A stretch of 64,000 nucleotides of DNA, taken from contig OZ024747.1 of the NCBI GenBank assembly GCA_964016885.1, positions 5,518,001 through 5,582,000 of the forward strand, in the 5' to 3' direction. Made by a program: the position numbers and the translations under genes. Under the pieces are notes generated by a model. The model saw only the letters and a program-made list of their open reading frames with translations. It was not told the DNA's origin and did no database searches. The DNA is from Eledone cirrhosa. Taxonomy: Eukaryota. Shown here one piece after another: positions 29,142 to 44,727 of this stretch (position 1 is its first letter; every line of letters begins with the position of its first letter).

Positions 29142-29174
29142 CTGTATATATATCTATCTGTATCTGTATATATC

Positions 29175-29220
<46 letters not shown>

Positions 29221-29290
29221 TATATATGTATGTATATATATATATATCTGTATATATATATATATCTGTATATATATATATCTGTATATA

Positions 29291-29332
<42 letters not shown>

Positions 29333-29366
29333 TATATATATGTATGTATATGTATATATATCTGTG

Positions 29367-29437
<71 letters not shown>

Positions 29438-29442
29438 ATATA

Positions 29443-29504
<62 letters not shown>

Positions 29505-29644
29505 GATATATATGTATGTATGTATATATATCAGTAGTGTTGGCTCTGTTTGTATTTGAGTTTAGTTAGTAGCAGGTTCGATTCCCAATGTACATCTCAA
29601 AGGCTCTAACTTTACTATAAAATACTTCCCCTTAACAAGCAGTC

Positions 29645-29798
<154 letters not shown>

Positions 29799-29912
29799 TC
29801 TCATTCTGTCATTAACACAACAGAGGTCCGACGAACCTTGAGGTGATCAATAGCGAAACGCGCGTTACTACTCAATAAACGTAATACAGACATAATAAAT
29901 CGTCCTTTACAC

Positions 29913-29984
<72 letters not shown>

Positions 29985-30109
29985 TAGCTCTGTTCTATAC
30001 ACAGAGAACTCTTTTTTTCTTTCCTTTGCTTTTTCTTCGGAATTACCTAAAACATACACACACACATATATATATATATATACGTATATAATGTTTTAGA
30101 ATGCACACA

Positions 30110-30160
<51 letters not shown>

Positions 30161-31025
30161 TGAGTTTTTCGAATATTAATAATAACATTCGATTCGTTTG
30201 CAATTATGCAAAATTGAGGCTTGTTTGCATTATTGTATTCAGCCATGTAGAGAGAAAATTTCCTTTTTTATTATATATATATATAAATATATATATATAT
30301 ATTATTATTATTATTATTAAATTGTTTAAATCTAGCGATGGTCAATTTTACCTTGAACTGTTTGAGATCGATGAAGTGAATTACCAATCAAATACTAGGG
30401 TCTCGGCTAACTTATGCCCCATATGTATGTGTACATGCGCACATATCATTACAATTGTGCATCTACGGTATAGCTTTAACCTTATGTATGTGCACAGATA
30501 GATATAGTTGTATGTTTATATATCTACAACCATCTCCACAATGTTTTACATATTTTCACATTTCTTTTGTTGTTTTCTAATATCTCCATCTGGTTTTCTG
30601 CCCACCTTCTCAACATTTCTTTTCAGGCAGTTAGATAATAAAATACCTTAATAATCACAGTTATCGTCTGCTAGATGTATTAGAGTATTTTTCATTAAAT
30701 AGCAATAAATCTTTTCTTTTAGTTTACTTTCGTCTTCAATTAGACAAATGCTTTCAGTGAAATCTTACTTTTTTTAGTCCCTGATTATATTGTCTGGTCG
30801 GTTGTGCTTATATTTCCATCACTTACGCCAGGAACATTCCACCAGTAGTCTTTCACATTAATGTAGGTAGGTAGATAGGTAGGTAGGTAGGTAGGTAGGT
30901 AGAGGGGAGGGTAGTGTGTAGGTAGGTGGATAGGCTAATAGACAGGTACGCATATATATGTGTACGTACGTACATACACATGTACGTACATTTGAATGCA
31001 TTCGTGTGTTTATGCATACATACAT

Positions 31026-31097
<72 letters not shown>

Positions 31098-31134
31098 GTA
31101 CACACATGTATACATATATGCATATATATACATG

Positions 31135-31179
<45 letters not shown>

Positions 31180-31360
31180 ACATGTATATATATATATGCA
31201 TATATATATACATGTATTTATATATATATATGCATATATATATACATGTATACATATATATATAAGCATATATATATCTATACACATGTATTTATATATA
31301 TGTATATATGTATATATATATATATATGTATGTATGTATATATATATATACATATATATG

Positions 31361-31427
<67 letters not shown>

Positions 31428-31526
31428 AGGGAGTGTAACTTGGAGTTTCTGTAGGTTCACCCGGGTAAGCACTCGATGTTTAGGTTCACTTCAGTGTCGA
31501 GGTGTAGAGCTAGACATAGTATACAC

Positions 31527-31574
<48 letters not shown>

Positions 31575-31586
31575 TATATATATGTA

Positions 31587-31642
<56 letters not shown>

Positions 31643-31740
31643 TACATATACATGTATTCATATATATTTACACACATATATAATATATATATATATATAT
31701 ATAATATATGTATATGCATATATATATATATATACATGTA

Positions 31741-31809
<69 letters not shown>

Positions 31810-32276
31810 TAGGTGTATTTGCAGCGACTGTTATATATCTGTGAGAAATCCAGCAGAATTACATCTAATTGAATTATAATTTAACCTGCCTGTAGATATT
31901 ACACATGAGCTACTGTTTATAAGAGTAGGGTGTGTTTATGCAGATGTGATATAGAATTATAACGACACCCATTGCCCTCTGGTCTTCACATTTTCACATT
32001 TCAACAGTTTGCCCCTCTCTCTCCCTCTCTCTCCCTCTCTCTCTCTGTGATTTTGTGTGCATTTGTGTGTGAGTGATTTTGTGTGTGTATTTTCGATTGT
32101 ATGTCTTTGTTGTGTTTTGTGTGTATGTTCGTGTGTGTGTCTTTTTGTGTGTGTTTGCATTTGTGTGTGTATATATGTGTGTTTTTGTGTGTGTTTGTGA
32201 GTGTGTTTCAATATATATTTTTGTGTATATATATATAAAGATATATCTATATTTTATTATGTATAAAAAAATGTCA

Positions 32277-32468
32277 TGGCGGTGGATTGGCAGTATCGGT
32301 AGAGGGTCGGGCACCATGCGTTGACGCATAGAGTTACGGCCCTTGCCATTCTGAGTTCAAATCCTGCCGAGATTAACTTTGCCTTTCATCCTTACGGGGT
32401 CGATAAAGTAAAGTACCAGTAATGCACTGAGTAATTGCTGGCCTTGTGCTAAAAGTAGAAACAATTAT
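32277..32468 (+). mobile_element. Second SINE family, full copy
   Basis: Same boxes and core. Other copies at 12373-12470 (-), 16875-17125, 39274-39460 (-), 51590-51655, 52552-52700, 55612-55775, 60810-61000, 62008-62063 (-) and 63065-63160. Confidence 0.75.
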
Positions 32469-32809
32469 GTATAAAAATGTGTGTACATTTTATATAAACA
32501 CACATACACACACATGCACACACAAAAGACACGCTTGTACACCGACAAACGCACACTCACACACTCACACACTCACTCACACACATATATATATATAAGA
32601 CCGTTCACCATGGCACCTCAGTCTGCCCTGTCTTTTTCTTTCATTATCAAAGTCTCTCTCGCTGTGTTTAATTCTTTTTAACTTACAAACTCTCAGTTGA
32701 TATCTCTCTCTCTCTCTCTTTCCGCTCCTTTCTCGCTCCTTCTCTCTCTCTCACCCTATATCTCTCTCTCACTCCTCCTCTCTCTCACCCTTCACATCTC
32801 TCTATCACT

Positions 32810-32855
<46 letters not shown>

Positions 32856-33373
32856 GCTCCTTCTCTCTCTCTCACCCTATATCTCTCTCTCACTCCTCCT
32901 CTCTCTCACCCTTCACATCTCTCTATCACTCCTTCTCTCTCTCTCTCTCGCATCTCCCTCCCACTCCTTCCATCTCCCTCTCACTCCTTCCAACATCTCT
33001 TTCTCTTTCTTCTCCCATCTCTCCCCCACTCCCTCTCACTCCCCCACCCCAACTCCCTCTCTATTACTCTTACCTCATTCAAATCTTCATTACCGAATTG
33101 CAACGCAAGATAAAATAATTTGACGAAGTGATATTTAAATAGCTCCCTCAAACAAATCGGTCAAACTACACACAAACACACACATCTAAACATGCCCACA
33201 TTCACAAACACACACATCTAAACAGGCCCACATACACACACACGCGCGCAGACATAGACACAGACATAGAAAAACACATGCAGCCACACGAACTCAGACC
33301 ATTATGTCTCAATAAATACTTACACATACATTACACTACATTACATATTTAGAGATAGACACTCACAGACTTC

Positions 33374-33574
33374 TATATATAGACAGTTATATATTCTGTG
33401 AGGACTATATCACAAGAAAGTGTCTATAGACAGTGAGGTCCACGTCACAAGAAAGTGTCTATAGACAGTTATACACAGTTATATATTCAGTGAGGTCCAC
33501 GTCACAAGAAAGTGTTTATAGACAGTTATACACAGTTATATATTCAGTGAGGTCCACGTCACAAGAAAGTGTCT
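33374..33574. repeat. Short degenerate tandem repeat (~56-bp unit)
   Basis: cagtgaggtccacgtcacaagaaagtgt repeated three times, plus one diverged copy. Confidence 0.8.
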
Positions 33575-33896
33575 TGCATGTCTGATAAAGGTACATATAT
33601 AGGTAGAAGAAATCCATTGTATTTTAATGAATATATTTAAGACAAACACTGCAGAAAATAAGGAAGAACATTTTTTAAATGAATATAAATGGATGACAAG
33701 AATAAACTTGTAGATTCAAGCATTTTTGTGTAAAATGTTTTAATCAAAGAATTATTAGATTAAATATATTGTTTTGTCCATCATTTTTGTCGGATATTCC
33801 ACTAGAAGTTAAAGGCCGAAACATTCTCAAGAGGAAGGTCTTCTTCGTCTCTGAAGACCTTCTGATGTCCAGCTCTTCTGACAGTTTCTTACCACC

Positions 33897-34003
<107 letters not shown>

Positions 34004-34081
34004 CGTTTCTGAATTTGTTTAGCAAGATTCTTTATCTGAAATCGTGTGTTTCTTATTGGCAACATGACCCTCCCAAAGTAT

Positions 34082-34171
<90 letters not shown>

Positions 34172-34610
34172 TGGCTGCCAACTCGTTTTCGAGTACGGCC
34201 ACTACTTTATATCCATATAGGAGAACCCCTACCGATGCGCTGAACGAGTGTGACTTTTTAGTCCAACCAGCAACTTGAAAACTCTGGTACAAACACTACA
34301 CTTGTGACAAATATTGACACATAGTGCTGGGCCCATGGTACCCTGTGACGACAAGTGCAGAGAGATCTCCAGATATAAAGCAATGCCTGTGCCGTGAAGC
34401 TTTTATAGTGAGCAAAGGCACTGCACAAAGCCAGTCCCACTCTCTTAACCAAGATGATATTTACCAAAATATATATATATACATATATATATACATATAT
34501 ATATACATATATATATACATATATATATACATATATATATACATATATATATACATATATATATACATATATATATACATATATACATATATATATACAT
34601 ATATATACAC

Positions 34611-34685
<75 letters not shown>

Positions 34686-34814
34686 TATATACATATATAT
34701 ATACATATATATATACATATATATATACATATATATATATACATATATATATATACATAAATATATACATATATATACACATATATATACATATATATAT
34801 ACACATATATATAC

Positions 34815-34863
<49 letters not shown>

Positions 34864-35141
34864 CATATATATATATACATATATATATACATATATATAT
34901 ATATACATATATATATACATATATATACACATATATATATATACCTATATATATATACATATATATATACATATATTTACACATAAATATATATACATAT
35001 ATATATATATATACATATATATATACATATATATATACATATATATACACATATATATACACATATATATACACATATATATACATATATATATATACAT
35101 ATATTTACATATAAATATATTTACATATAAATATATATACA

Positions 35142-35175
<34 letters not shown>

Positions 35176-35186
35176 AATATATATAC

Positions 35187-35274
<88 letters not shown>

Positions 35275-36570
35275 TATATATGTATATATGTATGTATGAT
35301 TTATTGTTACCTAGCTGTTTGCTCGATACATTACAACTACTAGTAATATTGTAATATAACAACGGAATATCTATATAATAATAATAATAATAAGTAATTG
35401 CATTTTTGTTCAGACATATTCTACATTATATGTATGTGTGTCTGAGTATCTATGTCGGCGTGTATGCCTGTGGGTACATGTGTGAGTGTGCATGTGTGTT
35501 TATGTATCTATATGTGTGTGTGTGTGTGAGCATGTACCTGCGTCTATGTATGTATGTATCTATGTGTATGTATGTGTATGTAAGGGATGCTAGCGATGTA
35601 AAAGATGTACAAGCTACAACAGATAACATATATTTTGATATGACAGCTATACAACTGTTTAAATTATACTCCATCATCCCAACTTATGTCTCCATGGTTT
35701 CTGACCCTTATTTTCCTTATCTCTATATCTCCCCTTAATACTCTTACAAATGTAGAAACATTTAGTCAACATTCACTTGGATTCTATCAATGAATGAGAA
35801 GATAAATTTGATGTATTTCTTGCGTGTTATATCTATGTGTATATCGGTGTATATTTATTGCTATATATATTTGTGATTGTTTATACACGTTTAAAAATGT
35901 GTATACATATACTCACATACATGATGATTATAGCTGCAACTAGATTTCGAGTAATGCCATCGCTTGATACTTAAGTATGAGCATCATGGACGTGGTTTTT
36001 TAGCCCAGCTAGGGACTTGTCTATGCCCAGCAATACTATGCATAGCACAAAATGTCACACATCAAGCGATGTCTATACTTGAAGCTTTTTTAAGCGAGGA
36101 AAGGATTTGCACGGGACCAATGCCACGCTCTAAACATCGAATGCATTTGCCCCAAAAAGAAGAACTGGTCCACATCATTGGATCCAAACGAAGCCGCAGG
36201 TTTTATATCAGAGTGACCTTCTCATAGAGGGGTGTCTTAGTGAAGACTAGGAGTCTTACTAAGACACTCCTGATTATACAGAACGGTTGCCGGCAACTCC
36301 TCTGTATAATCAGTTCCTGATTATTACTGGAATTCTATAAGAATCCAACATTCATAATTTTCAACAGACAAGGGGAGTGCTAAGCTTTGAGGAATACCAA
36401 CAGTATGAAACAGAGATCTGTCAGCTTATCTCCCTTTGTTTGTTGACATAGTCACTACTTTAAAACAATAGCGTAATGTCTTCAAAATGCTTTTAATTAA
36501 GCATACAGTGTATTACCAAATACACTTGTGATTGTTTCATATGTTTATTTATATGTTAATCAATTTCTAG

Positions 36571-36642
<72 letters not shown>

Positions 36643-38537
36643 ATTTGTGAGCGTGTGCATGCGTGTGTGTATGCGTGAGTGTGAATGTGTGAGTTACAGG
36701 GACTGTATGTGTGTGAGCCGTGTAATAGTGGGCTTAACGGCATGTCTCAGTTGACCCTATTAAATGAACCTCAAGATAGTCTGGAGAGAAGGCAATACCA
36801 AATAAGAGTATTTTCAGTACGGCTTAATGTAAATGGCTTTTTTTCGTGTCTGGGTGCGTTGGTTCTTCGATGACTGTAATTGAAAGAAATGTCTTTTTCC
36901 CAGATACGAGAGGAAAACTACAATTGTACGAAGCCGTTTTGGCAAAATTTAGCATTGATTTGATTAATTAATTAATTACTGGTTCTCAAGAGAAAGTCAA
37001 GACTCATTGATATAGCATTAACAATACCGTAGTTAAAATAGTTTGGAATGAATTGAAAAGAAAAGAAAAGAATTAAATAAAAATATTTGAAGGTCAGCTG
37101 TTTTAAAATAACAACTTGAGAGAAAGACATTCAGATTAGCTGCTATTTTGGGTTTTTTTTCTCTCTCGTGATTATATCTGAAAGGTATGGAAACATCTGT
37201 TATTGAAAGCGTAGAACGACCTAGGAAGCCTCTAGAGTGGTGGAGCGTTCACTGTGGACCTCAGCCCTTTACAAACTTTTATATGTGCGATGTTAATGAT
37301 ATACTTATAGACTAGAGGCAAAAACTAAAACATTTATAAAAAAAAAGTTGCAGCTCTCGGAATTAGATAAAAAAATTTAAAGAATATTAATTGGATAAAT
37401 GTTTTGTTTTTTTAAAATATATTTTCCTTAGTTTTCTTTATCTACATCATCTTTATTATCATCAGCAGTAACAGAGACAGCAATATCACAAGCTAATGAA
37501 GACGCCTCGACAAGGTTACTAGACCTGCTAAAAATAGCAGCAGCTAAATCTCACTTAAATCTTCTCTTAAAGAGTTGACTTGGTGCAAGACAACACGATC
37601 TCTGAACAAAAGTAGAAGCGGTCATGGCTGGAATGCTTTTGATAATATTTCTAATCGATCAGAGTTGATCTAGGAAACAACAACCGCAGCAATCATTATC
37701 ATCATCATCATAGTTGCCAAGGCAAAAACGGCGGAGGTGTATTTAGTTACATCTTAAATCCGGCAAATCTTTTATTACTGATCGAGTCAGACACTTCTGA
37801 GTTCAAATCCCACATAGGAATTGGACGAGGATCCATTGTTAATTAGCCGACCATGAGATCACAACAGATTATGAATGCTGTAAGGGTTGGGAGATGATTG
37901 AGAAAGAGGGAGAATGTTTTGATCTTTAGAGGTTACCGAGAAAATTTCGTATACATTTCGGTCTTGTTAAACCTCTTCAGCAAAATTAGTATTTTAAATT
38001 ATCGCTTTCGTAAGCATAAAAATCAAAGTGAACTTTGGTTAGATTTAAATAAACTAAACAGATATAACTAAACACGGAAAAGTACTTCGAGTTTAGCACT
38101 GTAGTGTTAGTGCAACTTCAGAACGACCATTTTTTTAAATAATGTAAACAGTGAAGCCGAAGACAAAAATGTCGTTTACACAATCTATATACATTCTGTG
38201 AAGTAATAAATGGATTTGATTTCTATTTAAGAATTGGTAGCAAGAAACCAACCTAGAAATGCCACTATTGTCAACACACAAACACGCATGCGCCCATACA
38301 CAGGCACACGAACACACACACGTGCAATAGGACACTCATACGTGCACACATATATGTATGTTTGTATACACAAGCACATACACATACACACAAACAGACA
38401 CACACATATACATACAAACACACACACAAACAAATAAAAAGAAATTAATTCGTACAAAATAAATTGTAGTTTTTCTGTTATTTTTTTCTCGAAAATGTAT
38501 TTTATTTGAATTAATTTCTGTTTCTAGTATATTGTAA

Positions 38538-38581
<44 letters not shown>

Positions 38582-39224
38582 GTTGAAGTGCATTTTCAAC
38601 ACTTTATTACTTTATATATATATATATATATATGTTCCCCTCCAATAATTATGTTTTCTCCCCAAAACTACCAAAACACACATCTATTTGCATATCGCTA
38701 CAATTTATGTACATGTTATGTTTATCACATACCGAAGTTTTCTGACTATTTAAGACTGCAAAGAACTAAACTAATCACTACAACTAAATTGTCCCCAACT
38801 TGACCCCTTCCAGGTCACAAAAGCTTCTACCGTCCCTGTTTTAGGGGCATGTATATCATGAAAATCAAGCAAATGGCAAACCTCATATAAACGTTGCTGA
38901 TTCAAGCTTTTTGAAACAATTTAATAAAATGCAGTGGGACTGGACGTTGCTTATTAGTCAGGCGTTGTTCATTAGTCAACTTGGTGTAAGCAACGAGCAT
39001 GTTTTCATTATATAAATCTCCACAGTGAAGCATATTCATTTTGTACGTTGGCATGACTAAGAATTGTCAAATATAGATCTAGAAAGGGGAAGAAAATAAT
39101 GCGCTGATTATGTATATCAATAAAGTTTAATGTGAAAATATCCGAGTGAAACGCTCTGCATAACCTGTCTCCAGTATGACTAATTAAACACTAAACCTCG
39201 CCTTTTATTGTGTTCATTGTTCAA

Positions 39225-39267
<43 letters not shown>

Positions 39268-39822
39268 ATACATAATTGTTTCTACTTTTGGCACAAGGCC
39301 AGCAAATATCCCAGTGTATTACTGGTACTATATTTTATCGACCCTGTAGGGATGAAAGGCAAAGTTAACCTCAGCGGGATTTGAACTCAGTCCGTAAAGG
39401 GACGTAACTGCGCTGCAAAGCATGGCGTCCGACCCTCTACCGATACTGCCAATCCCCCGCCCTTATATATATATACATAATAAGAGGGGGGGGGGGTAAA
39501 TTTGAAGATAGAAACACATCTCCTAAGCAAGCAAACACTTATACATACAAACAAACATACATACATGCATGCATAATTACATACATATATACATACACAC
39601 ATACATGCATACATACATGCATGCATGCATACATACATGTATACATGCATGCATGCATACATACATGTATACATGCATACATACATACATGTATACATAC
39701 ATACACACATACATACATACAAACATACATACATGCATGTATACACACACATACAAACATATACATACATACATATACATACATACATACACACACACAT
39801 ACATACATACACACATACATAC

Positions 39823-40585
39823 AAGTTTATGACATCACACCTTGAGGGATATCTCTATGCAATACAGGAACAAGAACTCCCTACCAAATATCTGCTGCAC
39901 AAAAGGGGAGGGCCATCAGCTGACAATAAATGTAGGCTATGTAAAACAAAGATCGAGGATGTAAGCCACATTGTTGCCAGCTGCGAAAGAATATCATCTC
40001 GCTACTACCTCCCCATGAGACACGATGGGATAGCTAGAACCATCTGGAACGCACTTCGGAAAACAAAATTAACAACAAACGAGGAAGAATATATTGAGAC
40101 AGATGGCACTAAGGAATACTGGTGGAACCTGAAAATAAAAACTGCCACCAAATTAAAGCACAACCGGCCTGATATTGTAGTTTGGGACCACACATTGAAA
40201 ACGTGTTCTGTTGTGGAGATCAGCTGCCCACTTGATGTAAACGTTGTCAGAAAAATACAGGAGAAGGAGGACATCTACGGACCATTGATGAGGAGTTAAC
40301 AAATCCAGTATCCAAGATACACCTTTAGCTTCATACCCATCATTATTGGAGCCACGGGTTATATACCAACCCGCTTGGACCAAAGTATGACTGAACTTGG
40401 ATTTGCAGACAAAGGGCGCAGCTCCCTAATTCATAGTCTACAAATGGCTGCGATAGCTGGCACCTTCAAAATTTGCAAAATATTCTTGCGATTCAAGGGA
40501 TGACAATTTCTTTTCTTTTACAACCTTGCCACCAGGAAGGTGGCCGGTCAAATAAATATACTCGAAATTAAGAGAAAGAGATAAC
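39823..40585 (+). mobile_element. 3' remnant of an RLE-type non-LTR retrotransposon (R4/Dong-like)
   Basis: AIQEQEL, CCHC finger CRLCKTKIEDVSHIVASC, RHD, and RLE motif HNRPDIVVWD...VVEISCP...K..EK...Y. One in-frame TAA at 40297-40299, then QIQYPRYTFSFIPIIIGATGYIP...KICKIFLRFKG* ending 40503. Short 3' UTR with AATAAA; (TACA)n on both sides. Confidence 0.85.
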
Positions 40586-41205
40586 ATGCATACATACATA
40601 CATACATACATACATACATACATACATACATACATACATAGTTTCCTTCTACGTGTTGCAAAGTTTTGTTAAATGTTGAGTACGCGGCAAAAATACGTAA
40701 GAAAGATAGGAGACTTCCAGTAAAGGTCACTGCTCAAAAAATTAGAACGGGTGTGTCCTTCTGGCGTATCTTACGCTAACTTCTATTCATTTTTGTGTTT
40801 TCAGGCGTGTTTAATACATTTATTGCATAAAATGTTGCCTTGCTGACTGGTTGGCTGGCTGGTGGGTCGGCTGGCTGGTGGGTCGGCTGGCTGGTGGGTC
40901 GGCTGGCTGCTTTCGTTATTGATAACAAAGGGGAAAAGTCTGAAAGAAAGATCTGAGGAGGCGAATAAAGACCTACTTTACTTGTTCTATCTGTCTGTTC
41001 TGTCTCATTATCTATCTATATATCTATCTATCTGCCTGTCTGGCAATATTTATATACAAACACATACGCACAAAAATACACATATATATGTAGTGTGTAA
41101 ACCTGAGGTTACGGTTTTGTTTGCTGGAGGGGGGTCTTCGACTTCATATATATGATTGGTGTATGTGTGTATATATATATGTATATATATATATATATAT
41201 ATATA

Positions 41206-41390
41206 AAGACGAAATCGAAAATGCAGAAGAACTGCGAAACCGGTAAAGGAAGCAAATAAATATATATATATATTTTTTTTTAAATTAAGACTCCAGTTGC
41301 ATTTTCGATTTCATCTTTTTTCCTTATACTTTCACTCGTGTAGGACACCTCGGTTATTTTTCATTTTGTAAAAAACCTCACTTTCTAATA
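41206..41390 (+). mobile_element. Family D copy with a short inverted 5' piece
   Basis: gcagaagaactgcgaaaccggtaaagg... matches 16153 onward and the reverse complement of 15884-15990; inverted piece joined at GCA. Confidence 0.7.
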
Positions 41391-42204
41391 TATAAATATA
41401 TATATACATATATATATTTATTTATTCATTCATATATATAAAGTGTGTGCGTGTGTGAGTATGTGTTTGCAGGTGTTTGTGTGTGTTTATGTGTGTAATA
41501 CACACAACGAAAGAGATTATTTTCCTGATAGTCTTAGACCAGAATATCCTATAGTATTGTCTCGATATTTTCGTCTGGATGACATTTATGAGGTTTTTCT
41601 TCTGGTGTGTACTTATACCATATATATTCTGATGGCATTTCATCATGATAGCCTCATTTCCAATATATGATAGCCTCATTTCCAATATATGGAAGCCCCA
41701 AATCTATTATGCCTGTAGATTATTCTCTTATAGCTAAGACTGAGCGGTCACAAACAACGTGGTAGATAGTGTCTTCCCGTCCTCCAAAGATCCTTCGGTG
41801 AAACCCCATATCGGCCGCTTGTATTCGAGATCGAATTTTTTCGGTCATTACCCAAGATTCCGACATTAAAACACAGTGATAAGGAGACTAATAACGAATG
41901 ATGTTGATGTGAATGATGATGATGGTGATGATAATGATGATGATCATCACTGGGTATTAGTTAAAACAACGTTAAAACTACTACACTCACACTTGCGCGT
42001 GGGCATAGATATGTATGTATATATATTTAAGAAAGAGTAGGTGCCCGACGACTGAGCTCTTGCCGTTTCAACAGCTAGTTTACACTCTACTATCCCAAGT
42101 ATCGAGTACTCTGTTCAATAATGGTCTAATTAGTTTAATACTTCTTTAATCCTGATATATATGAATATGACTATTATGTGGTAATGTATATATATCTATA
42201 TATA

Positions 42205-42280
<76 letters not shown>

Positions 42281-42652
42281 GAGAGAAATGGCTCCTACAG
42301 GGCTACCACTATTTCATTCGAAAGAAATCTTTAGGGTAAATCTTCCTTTACACTCTGTTAATGTATTGAGTATCTTACTGTGGTTACCTCCGATTGAACC
42401 CGGGACTCGTTTCATATATATATATATATATATGTATATGTGTGTGTGTGTGAGCGTTTGTGCATATAAATAATACACACACACACACACACACACATGT
42501 ATGTCTATATCTATCTATCTATATAGATAGATATAGGATAGGAAGAAATGGAAGGAAAGCTGGACTGGGACATGAAGCGGTAGGGTGTTGTTCTCTGACT
42601 GCCATGACATGTCAGGCAGATCGGAATGTCTTAATTGGTAAATGGGTCTACG

Positions 42653-42699
<47 letters not shown>

Positions 42700-43016
42700 G
42701 AACATAGACGTGTATGTATGTATGTACACATATACCGTACAGAGAATGACATATATACCCGTAAACCCAGATAATACACAAAGTGTATTTCACACTGGAC
42801 TGCTTAGATTCATACATATATTGAGAAAAGGAGGATATATATATATACATACATATATATATATATACATATATATCTTTATATACATATTTATATATAT
42901 ATATCGTTATATACATATTTATATATATATACGTATATATAGATCTTTATGTACATATTTATATATATACATGTGTAACTTCACACACACACATACACAC
43001 ACACGCACACACACAG

Positions 43017-43117
<101 letters not shown>

Positions 43118-43665
43118 CATACATATTCGACAGGGTACTGCTCAATTTCCGTCTGTCGAGTTCCACTCACAATCTTATGACAGTTCTCGGTGCCGCGCAG
43201 TGATACCGAATCCGGAATCCGGAACTACGGGGTGGTGGAGTGAACTTCATATCCATGCTGATATAATGACACTTACATACACACATGTTAAATACTGTAG
43301 AGAAATTCTGGCGACACATGCGTAGAAACACATGCTCATACATAATATATAATCTTGAAAAGAAAAAAAAAGCCATTGTACTGTCAGAGAATGGAGTTTT
43401 ATTACATCCAAGATGCTTCGCTTATATTTCTGGGCAGCCATTTCTCGGGAGTAGTTATCAGATGTTTTGATAAATGTCACCTATAACACACAAGCTTTCT
43501 ATCCTAGGGAGACGGAAGCGGGGTTAATCTCTCAGACCATTTGACGCCATGACAAATTAGGTCAAGGTATCTAACCTTTCTGAATCTCACTGGGAACACA
43601 TCGAATTTAATTAATATGCACACACACTCACACACACAAATATATACTCACACAAAACCACACAC

Positions 43666-43701
<36 letters not shown>

Positions 43702-43721
43702 GAGAGAGAAGTAGAGAAAAA

Positions 43722-43767
<46 letters not shown>

Positions 43768-44290
43768 GGGGGGGGGGGGTGTATGTGTGTATGCTCAGTA
43801 AAATGACACGTAATTTACAGGGTATGCTACAATTAGTCATGATGTATTATTCACATAAAATCACTCTATTACGTGTTCCAGCCGACACACTGAGGCGATG
43901 CTGGGGCACCGTCATTGCTGAAGAAATATTCACAAAATTATGACTTATTTTGTGATACGATATAACTCTATAGAATGAAAGAAAAGATGGAATAGACTAA
44001 CATTTGAAAGACGATATCTATAGAAGTATATGTTGCCTTAATTTACAGCTTGTCTTCAACTATAAGAAACCTCTGTTCCGATAGTGGTCTTTCGTCAGGC
44101 AAAGTAAAAAGACAGAAACCCTCTGTAAGCAACTGTCTGAGGGGTTAAATATAAGATTGTCCGGAAGAGAGAAACATGTCGACACCTAATCTTAAACGAA
44201 GGAAACCATCTTTTGAAGGAAAACAACCTGAATAAGTTCAACAAACTATGTATGTGAAGATATACGTACACTATATATATATATATATAT

Positions 44291-44440
44291 CGACGGCTAA
44301 TTCAGTCCAGAATTAGCCGTCGAAACGGCTTGAGCTCAGCCGTCGGGGTCCTACTCGTTCCTATTACCCACTCTACTACCCTAAGTATTGAGTACTTTGG
44401 TGCGTTATGGTCCACCTGGTTCCTTACCACATTTCCTTCG

Positions 44441-44441
<1 letters not shown>
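44291..44441 (+). mobile_element. Family A copy truncated at stem II
   Basis: gacggctaattc..gaattagccgtc-GAAA(44322)-CGGCT TGAGCTC AGCCGT-C-GGGGTC plus tail. Further diverged fragments at 9855-9963, 25548-25600, 26601-26670, 42043-42150 and 61183-61296. Confidence 0.7.
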
Positions 44442-44534
<93 letters not shown>

Positions 44535-44685
44535 CATGTATGTATGTATAATATAACGTTTTAAATTTGAGCGTCGGTTTTATATGTGATGAATAATGTT
44601 ATATCTCTCAAATTGATATCAAATTTTATTTTTGTATTGAGTACTATGTTGAATATGGTCTTAGTATTCGTTTGACTAGTAACAT

Positions 44686-44723
<38 letters not shown>

Positions 44724-44727
<4 letters not shown>

